Below are positions 1-10,738 of a DNA stretch of 64,000 bases, piece by piece. The notes under the pieces were generated by a model that worked only from the letters and a program-made list of their open reading frames with translations, was not told the origin of the DNA and did not search any database. Location: contig CM022672.1 of the NCBI GenBank assembly GCA_012295275.1, positions 12,028,001 through 12,092,000 of the forward strand, given 5' to 3'. How positions within the stretch are numbered: the stretch's first letter is position 1; each line of letters begins with the position of its first letter. Source of the stretch: Chrysomallon squamiferum. Taxonomy: Eukaryota > Animalia > Mollusca. The position numbers and the translations under genes are program-made.

Positions 1-93
1 CTGATGCATAAAACAGGGTTGAAATAAGCACAAGTTCATTTTCAATCTTTTAAGTATGATTTTAATGCATTTTCAAGTTTGTGTCTCACTTAC

Positions 94-2610
94 AGGACAG
101 TTCTCCAATATCCCATTCAAGAGATTTAGTGGCTAGACATGCACTTTGTCTTTGTAAATTTAAAACATTTTTGAAATGGAAAGTTGATAAAATGATCTTC
201 TGTATAAAGGCTGAATTGATGCTTAATGTAGTAAACAATTTTAACCTGATTAAAAATAATAAAGTGTGTGCTGATTTTGTTCATATATTTGTATGCTTGT
301 ATATTTGTGTGTGTGTGTGTGTTTGCACACAGGTATGTGCATTTTGTAAGTGTACATATATATATATATATATGTGAATGTAAATGTGTGTATGTATGTA
401 TGTATGTGTTTCTGAAAAACAGAAAAATACACCACAATTGAAACCAACAATTTTTAGCTGAACATGATAACAATAATCACTGTTTTCACAACTACAACAA
501 CAACACAACAGAAAGTTCAGTGAATAACTCAAGAACCAAGATGGGTGAAAAATCAGGATAAAAAACTAAAGATGCACAGACTACAGTTTCAGATTTCCCA
601 CAATTCCATTTAATACCAATTAACTGCAAAGTAACTTTAAAGATTAATTATGTCTGTTATGATTTATTTATTTAAAGTGCTACATTTAATGTAATTTCAA
701 TTATTATTTTTTTTTTATCTCTTAATCTTATTGTTCTTTTCTTAATTTATTATTTCATTTTCTTCTTTCCACTTAATTTTTAATATCATAAATATCATAA
801 ATATATTAATATCATAAATTAAATATTAAAAATTAAATATTCAAGTAGAAAACTAAGTTTTAAAAAACAAAAGGTATAATAATAATAATAATATCATTAA
901 TAATAATAATAATAATACAGAACAGGTTATTATAACTATGCATCTAACATCACACAGATCAAATCATAATAATAATTTTTTTTTTAAATTAAAAATAATA
1001 ATAACAATAATAAATAATGACATTTTTTTTTAAAAAGATCAAGCCAGCAGTTTTTCTTAATGAAATAAATAATATTTAAGAAAACAGATAATTTCCATAA
1101 GTGACATGTCCTGTCACATTTTCTTTGACGGACAGTCGCACACTGGTGATTGCGAAATAGTGGCACGGATCTTATTGTTCTGTGGATGAAAGCAGTGACA
1201 GAATTACGACTCTCTGAATTTAGATATTATCCTCACAAGATATCCTCAGTGCCCAAAGATTTTTTAATTTTTAATTTTTTTTAGCTCGGCTGCAGACGAA
1301 AAATGCAATTTTAAACTCTCCTTCATGCATAAAAAATCTGTTCTGTCCCACCAGCAAATATTTGCTGCACTTTATTGATGAGAATGAATGTGAATTCTGC
1401 AACCTTTGTTTCAGAGAAAACGGTAAAAACTTCAAAATCTCGGGCTGGTGCTTAAGACTTTGATCAATAAGATGAAAACGTAATTTCTCAATAAAACTTC
1501 GGTGAATCATATTCTTGAACCCGGCGAATGCCAGTAATTCTGAATTTTCAGCACTTAGATGAAAATTTATTTATTTATTTTCTGAGATCTCATCCAACTG
1601 GAATTGCTAAATTGTACTGGATCAAATTTCTGAGATAAGATGGAATATGTATATTTTTTTTAAAACCCGAAACTAGTTTTGAAAAGTGAAAATAAACAAA
1701 TGATTTCTATTCCAAACCACATATTTAAAGCCTAGATTATTAACTAATTTATTTTTTATTTATTCTATTTCATTTTTTATAAATGTAAACTGAACTAACT
1801 ACAAAAACTATATATTATATAATGAAAATAATTAAATACAATAATTGTTAAAGAAAAAAGTTTGTAACTATAAATATTCAAATAATACAATTTCAAAAAA
1901 AAAAAAAAAAAACTATTTTTTAAAATGCTAACTCATACTTATAAAATCCTTATTCCTTGAAAATGTAAGAAATATATTTGCAATCTATATTAATTGGTCC
2001 AAGGGAAATAACTCCAGTTATAGAGAAGTAAAATAAATTATTTTACTGCCTCGCTTTAGGAAATTCATACAAATTCTGTTAAAGTCAAATGCAACTGAGA
2101 AAAACATTGACATTATTTTAAGAAGTAACACTGTAATCGTTGCTGATCCAAGGGAAATAACTCCAGTTAACCAGAGGAACTCCAACAGTGTGATTACATA
2201 ATCATTCTAGAGACATACAGACAATTCTAAATTAGTGTGGTAAATTATTTCCTTTATAATTTAACAGGACAAGTCAGGAAAATAAAAATTATTTATTTAT
2301 ATTATTCAGTTCTATTTTTTTAGTATGTGCACATCCCCATTGTTAATGTTCCTCTTAACACTAACTGTATAAATACTACAGAAATTCAATTTCATTTCTT
2401 GCTATATAAATAATAATAATAATTATTATTATTATTATTGTTTTACCTAACATACTGTCATTTGTAATTTTATTTACTCAAAGAACACCTACCTCTGGTA
2501 TTGTATTGCATGCAGTTCATGTCAGATGTACCTTCAACACTTTTCAAATCTGAACAGAATGTTTTTAAGTATCTGTAAAAGGTAACAATTTTTTTTTCAA
2601 ATTATTATTA

Positions 2611-2649
<39 letters not shown>

Positions 2650-3083
2650 CATTTAATAATATTAATTTTCAACATTGATTTAAATGTTGAAGATTTTTGT
2701 GTGTATGTGTCTGTGTATTTTGTTTATTGCTGTTTTTAATAATTTATTTTGGCATAAATAATTTAAATTTTTACACAAATAGAAATATTAAGAAGTTTAA
2801 AATTTTATCTTACTCAAAATATGTGATGATTGCTTGGATGAATGAATGAATTAAGTAGGATGTTTTAAAAACATAAACATTTTCTCAATAATAAAATTTA
2901 ACTGCATCAGATTAATCAAGAATATTTGGTTATTATTATTTTACGGGAGAGAGACGTAAATCTTATTTATTTATAAGTCAAAAAATAATAATTAAACTAA
3001 ATGAAAATAAAATTTACTTTAAATTTGCCAACTTACTTCGTTTTCATCGCAACGGAAATTTTTACAGAAACGATACAATTCAT
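94..3083 (-). CDS. Putative unidentified spliced gene running off the left edge (incomplete model)
   Basis: Candidate exons 3083/3047-3037 (MNCIVSVKISVAMKT.., donor gtaagt), 2572-2493 (YLKTFCSDLKSVEGTSDMNCMQYNTR, ttttacag/gtaggt) and 245-94 (50 open codons LKLFTTLSINSAF..EWDIGELS, aatcag/gtaagt). A 93-nt intron then ends in tgcatcag at base 1. Exons 1 and 2 are phase-compatible, but a phase 1-to-2 linking exon between 2492 and 246 was not found. No recognisable domain. Confidence 0.35.
1095..1565. mobile_element. Probable degenerate non-autonomous transposon fragment
   Basis: Abrupt GC/CpG-richer block in AT-rich surroundings, with no usable ORF. Internal palindromes gtgaca-tgtcc-tgtcac (1101-1117) and cagcaaatatttgctg (1352-1367). 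No clear TIR/TSD pair. Confidence 0.3.
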
Positions 3084-3229
3084 GCAATTTTTTTATTTAT
3101 TTATTTATTTTTATTTTTATTATTTTTTTTTTTTTTCTCTCAGCCAAAAACATTTACAATAGCACGTGCAAAACATATAGTATTTTCGGATATATACCGT
3201 TATTAAGGTTCGGTGGGTTTCGTTACTTA

Positions 3230-3496
3230 CGGAAAATATCGAGTTATGTCGGCTAATATTGCGAAGGTTAATATTGCGAACCGGAAATCCAAGGAAAATA
3301 ATAAGGCACCTGCCATTCCGTTGAAAATCTTAGTATTATTTTTAAAATGATTTTAATAATTTATTAACAGTAATTAACTGTCAGAACAGAAGTTAGCGAT
3401 AAACAGTTAGTTGCGCTAATCATTACCTCGTTGTAATGTTCGCAGAAAGTGACACTGAAAATCGTCGAAGTAATAATTCCGATAAGTTTTGTGAAG
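3230..3496. promoter_or_regulatory. CpG-rich bidirectional promoter with non-coding first exons on both strands
   Basis: CpG cluster, ETS-type CCGGAA at 3281-3286, duplicated aatattgcgaa. Plus-strand donor AG|gtatgt at 3496/3497 and minus-strand donor gtaagt at 3230. Confidence 0.55.
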
Positions 3497-3783
3497 GTAT
3501 GTCATTGTCACTTTTATTTGACACAGTGATTTAGTGACAGTGACTTGCAGTTTTGTAATGTTATATTCATATGCAGTTTGTATTTATCAGCAGAGGTTTT
3601 GCTGAATATTTATCCTTGATTTAAACTATAAAATTACCTTACAAAGATGGATGGATGAATATTCAAAATAACTTGATTTTCAATTTTGCTGGAACTTTAT
3701 TTTTATTGATTTTTATTATATTTGATTCAAATTTGATAATAATAAACATATGTGATATAATGATCATAGGCAGTAAAAAAAAG

Positions 3784-3785
<2 letters not shown>

Positions 3786-3845
<60 letters not shown>
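3786..3845 (+). repeat. (TC)n microsatellite
   Basis: About 30 TC units, directly visible. Confidence 0.95.
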
Positions 3846-3847
<2 letters not shown>

Positions 3848-3956
3848 TAATTAATAATACCTTTTCATTTTCTAAATTATTTTACTATGATTATTAAATA
3901 AACATTTAATTTGATCTCTTTTATTTTTTTTATTTTCCAGGGTTGTACTTGCCACG

Positions 3957-5513
3957 ATGATATCATTTGATTGGATGCTTATGGGTTTTGGAGGGTTTAT
4001 ATTATTACTATGTTTGCTCTGTCTTTGTCGCATGTGGAGGTAAACTGTAAATTCAATACTACAACCATCAATATTTGTACATTTATGTACTTGTTTTAAT
4101 TTTTTTCCATGCTTTATTATTATCACAGTTTGATCATAAATCAAAAAATAGAAACAAAACAATATAAATGTATGTCAGTGTGATATATAATGGATTTTGA
4201 CTATTTCTTTAGAATCAGTATATTGCCATGTAAATGTATTACTGTAACTGACTATTTTGAGAAGAAAAAAAAAAGGATTTATGCCAATAGTTTGATGCAA
4301 AACTAATATGTTTAATGTTGAGGATACTACTGCTGTTTCTTATACACCTCAAGAACTACATTTGAGATGGTATTGTGTCCATGGTAATCCCATTCTAATT
4401 ACATTTTAATGTAAATTTCTAAGAACATTTTTGGAATTGTAGATATTAAGGTTTTAATCATACAAATACTATGTTTTCAGGATATAAAAGCTATATGATA
4501 AGTATACTAAGAGGATACAAGGATTATATGATACTAATACTGAATTTTGAGGTTATGATATATATATATATATTGATATATTACTATGTTTTTATGACTA
4601 ATTGACAAGTTTTAAATTGATTTTAAATTCTCTTTTTTTTTTTTCTTCAGAATACGAAGATCTAACCTGATGCAAACAGGAATAAGAACTGTAAGATATA
4701 TCTTTTGCATTATCTTATAAAACAGTTTGTATTGACATTTGAAACGTTTTGTAGAGGAAATCAAACTCAGTTATATCCTAAATTTGTTCTTTTGCTTTTT
4801 AGTTAAAAAAATAAATTAGCTGTAATATTAAAGATGTATTTTTTCTTCTTTTTAATTTTTTTAGGTGAGATATGGCAGAGGAGACAGATGTTTAAATGAT
4901 GTAAGTGTAAATTTATGAGTATGTAAAAGATCTTTGTTCAGTTAATATTATTATTATTATCATTATTATTTGAACAAAGTTTTTTTTTCATACTCATAAA
5001 TACTTTTTGTTTTAAATATAATTTTGTTGTTTGAAAATAATTTGTTAACGAAAGGGATGAATCCTCATTAAACAGCCATTTTATACATGCACTTACATAA
5101 ATAAATATGCCAAGAGCATACTTAAAACACTCAAAGCTGTTAGTATTCAGTTGCATGTATACAGACCCATATTCACATATTTAGTTTGAACCTTTTTATA
5201 ATAATACTGAATTTATTTTTAAATCGATTTTCAGAGTTGTGCAATTTGCTTACAAGAATTTAGACGAAGGGACAGGATAGATGTTGGTTACTGTAATCAT
5301 GGCTTCCATAAAAAGTAGGTTTTATATGTTATATGCTTGCATTTAAAGAATAGTATTTAATACAAGAGGAAGTGCTTGTGTGTGTGTGTGTGTGTTCCAG
5401 TATTTAACAGTTTCGGATTGGTTTTAACTGTTTTATAATTTTAATTAAATTTATTAAATATACCCACAACAGGATGAAAAAGTCATTTAAAGAATTTCTT
5501 ATTTATTTTATAT

Positions 5514-5555
<42 letters not shown>

Positions 5556-5758
5556 CTGAAGTTTATGATTTCATAGCACAATTTTTTTCAGAACTCATAT
5601 TTTTTTAAATGGAATTTGTTAATATATTTTTGTTTTAAGAATTGTTCTACTTTTTAAATTTCAGGTGTTTCGCTGAGTGGCTAAGTCAGAACACTACTTG
5701 TCCAATATGCAAGACTGATGTGAGAAACCCAGCTGTAAAAGTCTATACAGTAGGATGA
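3957..5758 (+). CDS. Small single-TM RING-H2 E3 ubiquitin ligase, RNF24/RNF122-like, 110 aa
   Basis: Exons 3957-4039, 4651-4690, 4865-4900, 5235-5314 and 5665-5758, all GT-AG and phase-consistent, with Kozak gccacgATG. Protein MISFDWMLMGFGGFILLLCLLCLCRMWRIRRSNLMQTGIRTVRYGRGDRCLNDSCAICLQEFRRRDRIDVGYCNHGFHKKCFAEWLSQNTTCPICKTDVRNPAVKVYTVG: N-terminal TM plus complete C3H2C3 RING. Confidence 0.9.
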
Positions 5759-7314
5759 TGAGATCATTTAATTTTTCTGACTGATTGCTCATTAGCAATG
5801 CATCTGAATTTCTTTACCACAGTTATTTGTTACATTGAATGGATTGTTTGTTACTTAATAAACTTTAATCCAGAAAGATAAAAATACAAATTCTTTCAGT
5901 ACATTTCAGGGAGCAAACATATTTTACTTGCAAAGTGATCTGTCCAAGATGATGCATATATTGTATTTGCAGTGTCATTTTTTATGTCACTCTGAATATG
6001 ATAATGCTTTACTAATATTAATTTTTAACAGACACATTTGAAGTGAAAAGATTTCCTGAATAGCAAAAAAGTATTAGCAATAAGAATAATTCTTACTAAT
6101 TATTTATTTATTTACTGCAGATTGTTATTAAATAGGATATGTAAAATTAATTTGATTAATTTACAGATTTATCTCTCTGATGCATAATATGTGACCTGTT
6201 TTGTGCTTAGTTTTATTATTAGTAGTATTACTAGAATTGTAAGAATAATAGAAACATCTCTGAATGGATTTCAAATTTCACTGTATGGAACAGTACATAT
6301 TTCCATAACAAAGTTTTTTTTTGTTTTTTGGGGGAAATTCTCTCCTCTTTTATAAATCACCAGTATTTTTCTTTTTAGAAATATTTTAATTTAAGTATTT
6401 CAGATAATATATTTAATTTATATTAGATATTTTTTAAAAGTGTTTTGCCCTTTATATATATATGTTATATTAAAAACGGTTGTGAAATTACTAAATTTAT
6501 ACAGTGCCTTTCGAGAGAAAATAGTACTTTATGTTAATACATTTCAGAGGGGAGGACAAAAATAAATAAAATTTGTCTCATTAAAAAGATAAATTATTCA
6601 TTACCTTTTATCAACATTTTTGCTTTGTTAGAATTTTCTTATTACAAATTTATTTGAAATGATAATAGTAATATTGTTATCCCTGGATATATTTTATTGT
6701 GTATAAATGTCATTATATTATTTAAATTGTTAATGTTTTAAAAATATATTTAAATTATTCCTATAGTGATAGATTAAAAATTATTGAAAATATCTGTTAA
6801 GGAAATCCTAATCTGAAAACTAAATATAAATTGCTGTGATGGTAATAAATAGTTGTTATTATTGTATATAAAAAATGAAATGAGACAATCATGTTCTGTT
6901 ACCAAATTCAGAGGTCAGTAAAATTATCGACAGAATTTTTATTTATATAATTAATATATGCACACATAAATATTTTTTAATCATTTCAAGAATTAATGTC
7001 ATTCAGTTTTTAATTCTAAAATAGCTTAAATATGTTTTATTTCAGTAATTTAGTATAAGATTCATTTTTCTTTTATTTCTATTTTTATTTTTTATTTTTT
7101 CTCACTCTCTCACTCCTGAAATGAATTTGTTCACTTGAATAAGAGATCATAACAGCAACATTAGCAATAGCTTTACTAATTAACTGCTGTTTTGATTTTT
7201 TGTGATTTACATTTTTATTTTTCCTTTCTTATGATCACTTTTGATGTATAGTAAGCATCGTCATGGGGAAAAGTTTGCAATTTGACTTTTGACTGCTGAG
7301 ATATAAAAATGGAA

Positions 7315-7601
7315 AAAAAAGCTTGAACATACAGTTTAAATTTCCATGATTTAGGAATGTCAAAGAATTAAAAATACCCAGTTATTCATTAGCTGAAATA
7401 ACAGAAATAGGACACTTAATTAAGATTTAAATTAATAAATTATATTTATTTTTACTTAAAATATTTATGAACAAATTAAACAATAATGATAATATATATA
7501 TATATATATTTCTGTTATTTCAGCTAATGAATAACTGGGTATTTTTAATTCTTTGACATTCCTAAATCATGGAAATTTAAACTGTATGTTCAAGCTTTTT
7601 T
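7315..7601. repeat. Perfect 95-bp inverted repeat (foldback) with 97-bp spacer
   Basis: 7315-7409 is the exact reverse complement of 7507-7601. A further short match links 7304-7317 and 7623-7636. Confidence 0.95.
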
Positions 7602-8184
7602 GAAAATAGATACAGGAAGTGATTTTTCCATTTTTAAAGATATTCTTTTGTTTATGAATTTTGAAAATCATAATATGATGTATAGATAGGAATATTGATT
7701 TGTATTATATTTTTCATCAATATATAAAGAAACATTTACTTAAAATATTTTGTGTATATTTGACTTGTGATTATTTTATTATGTACATTTTTGTGTTATG
7801 TTAGTTAGCATGTAATATTACATGGGCATAGCTAGACTCTTTTTGAAATAAACCAAAAATACTTAATCACTTTATATTTTATATTTTTTTAAATAAAATG
7901 TTTGTATAATTTTTTTGTGTAAATTGTCAATTTTGGTATGAGGCATTTGCCTCAGTGAAGTTACGGCCATGTATTAGTTTTGGTACAAAAATCAAGTCAC
8001 GCATTGCAATATTTTACTCAGTAAATTCTTAGCAGCAGTTTAATAATTAACTGAGTATAAAACAAAATGGTTCTTTCCATATTTCATTTTCTTTTCTTTC
8101 TTTCTATTTCAAAGACTGAAAAGGAAAAATTGTTTACTCTGTAGGTCAGATATAGTAAATTTTCACCCTCGTGAAAAAATGTTG

Positions 8185-8445
8185 GGAAGATTAAATTTTA
8201 GTTTTAAGCTAATTTTTGAAAAAGCTTTCAGTAGTTAACTGTGGAGGGCATTAAAGAGATCATCTGTCAACCAGTAAAAGAGTAGATTTAGTACAGGTAT
8301 TCATCTCTTTCTAAACTGGAGCTGTATTAGGTCTTTTGTTATTGATCTTCTATTTTTTAGGGACCCCATTTTAAATATTTTTTGGAAGATTAATTTTTTT
8401 TTTTTTTAAGCTATATTTTAATTTTTCAGTAGTTAACTGTGGGGT
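8185..8445 (+). repeat. Interspersed repeat copy, core shared with 14133-14268, flanked by imperfect direct repeats
   Basis: attaaagagatca..tctgtcaaccag..aaactggagctgt..gaccccattttaaata occurs at about 8250-8382 and 14133-14268. ggaagattaa..ttcagtagttaactgtgg occurs on both sides of this copy. Confidence 0.8.
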
Positions 8446-10324
8446 ATGAATAATGCAGTCATTATTCTTTTACTATTCCTCTAATTCAGACTTGTGATGG
8501 TCTGTTTTAACTTTATCTGAAATAATTGTTTGTTTTTTGGGGGGTAGGGTTTTTTTTAGATTTGAGAAAAGGATAACTCATTGGTTGTGTTGAGATATGC
8601 ATTTCATAATGTTTTTGCTTGAATTTATTTGGTTTGTTTTAATTCTGTGAAAAAGTATTTTCAATTTATTATGCAGGGAAGGGGAAAAAAAATGAAATTA
8701 TTGATTATATAAAAACTACTTTCACAAGTTCCCTTCTAAATAAGTTAAATAATATTGAAATAAATGAAAATTATTTTTATAGAGACTACTTTCTGAGTTC
8801 TGTTAATGGGAAGTTAAATAAATAAAAAATATTTAAATGTTTAAAGAACTGTAATAAAAATATAATTCTTATAAAAATTATTTTATTTTACTTATTTTAT
8901 TTTAAATTTGTATTTAATTATATATTTATTTATTTTTGTTTCCTCTGGATTGTGAACAAAAATAAAAATGTGACTGTGATCATTTTAAATAATACGCCAA
9001 AGCGTTTTTCTTTTCTTTTTTTAAGTTTTTGTTTTTTGTTGTTTGTTTTTTTTGTATTCTTTTATATATTTATTTAATTTTTTTAAAGTAAATTAACCTT
9101 TTTTGCTTTTTATTTGTTTTTAGAATATTATTATTATTTTATTTTATTTTTTTTATTTTTTATTTTATGATGTATTCATTGTTATGTACAGTGAATCAAT
9201 AAAAGAATATGTTTTTTTTTTATAAGAAAATTTGACTTTTGTTATTGATCAAGTAGTTAATGTTTTAGAAAAAAAGAAAAGTTTTTCTTAATATTACAAA
9301 TGATGTATCAGCAAGAGTCAAGACCATATAGGTATGTTACAAACCAGAATATTCTTACGTCATTTCTTCCGATGTTGGGAGTATGTCCGGATAATGTCGA
9401 GTGTGGTGAGGGGTATCCCCGAAATGAAGGCTTATCGTCGATTCGGCGCAGTTATATTATACCGCTGTATAAAATCGATCAAAATTAACTACAAACTGAC
9501 GAAATTTTATGCAATCCTATATATGCGAAGGTAGGTTTTGAACTTGCAAACTGAGTTGCTGTTGTTCCGATGGATCGTCATGGCGAATGAACTTGGATAA
9601 ACATAGCTCTTCATTCCGAATATCGATTGAACGATTATAATTATTTCCATCAAATTGTATAGAACTTATATAATAAGACTAAAATAATATTTTAGATAAT
9701 ATTTGTTGTGAGTTTACTGGTCACTATCTTTTTGCTTGCCATTCATTAACAAGCTCTGATCAAATACGTTTTTGCTGACCCACATTTTAAGTTTTAAATC
9801 TAGGTCGCGTAATCTGACGTCATTGGACGATGCCCACATTTACAAAACAACTCGTGATTACTGTTACTTCTTTTGTTAAACAATATTTATTTGATATCTG
9901 TAAATTGTTGACACTATTCTGTATAGATGATAACTCAATATAATTATCCAAAAACTTTCATTTTGATTATCTTTATAATTAAAGGAAATACTGGACATTT
10001 TTTCCATTCTCTCATTGCTAAATCTAAAAAGGGTAAAAAATAAAAAATAAAAAAGAGAGAGAGAGAGAGAGAAAACGGTTGATTTCTAGCATAATTAAAA
10101 TATCCATAACGACATTATTTATTAATATATTTTGATCATCTTGGTGTCATTTTGAAGTTTGACCAGGTTTGTACCTGGTATAATATGGGTATAACTATAA
10201 GGATGAGCCTTATGATGGAATTTTTTTTTTTTTTTTTTTTTTTTTTTAAGCCTTTTTATTATTTATTTATTGTATGAGCAGTGATAGTTCATTCTATTTT
10301 TAACTTATATTTTAATGTGTTCAA

Positions 10325-10480
10325 AACCGATTACGTCCGCATTTTCTTACGATACCTTGCCCATTGATTGTTGACTACAATTATCGAATGCGATTTATAC
10401 GTCAGTTCCGCTCGCCATTTCGTAGTGAGGTCAAGGGTTGTGTATTGTATCGGAGGATCTTGCGACACTATTGGGAAGTG
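10325..10480 (+). promoter_or_regulatory. RNF103 proximal promoter (CpG-rich)
   Basis: CpG cluster about 300-400 bp upstream of the ATG, with YY1-like cgccattt near 10413 and Inr-like tcagtt at 10402. Confidence 0.5.
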
Positions 10481-10738
10481 TTTACAACACATCACCATAA
10501 AATATGTGACATTTTTTTTTTGTGTGTCACAATTTGGGAATTTGTGGCTACCTTTCTGTTTTCATTTTATTTTTATCTTTTATTTTTCTGCGACGATTCG
10601 TTCAACATTGCACTTAATTCCTTAAGTTGACGTGTCATGGGAAACTAAAACAAATGTCAAGGCCACAATTCTTTTAGAGAACTGTCAAAAACGAACCGTA
10701 GAATATCTTCATGCCATTTAGTACATATTATAAGTCAG

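Noticed and set aside
5756-5882. TGA-TGA stop of the RNF24-like gene followed by about 39 open codons (readthrough or selenocysteine?)
   Set aside because: Double stop, no TGA-CTAG readthrough context, no SECIS-like hairpin seen, and the RING protein is already complete.
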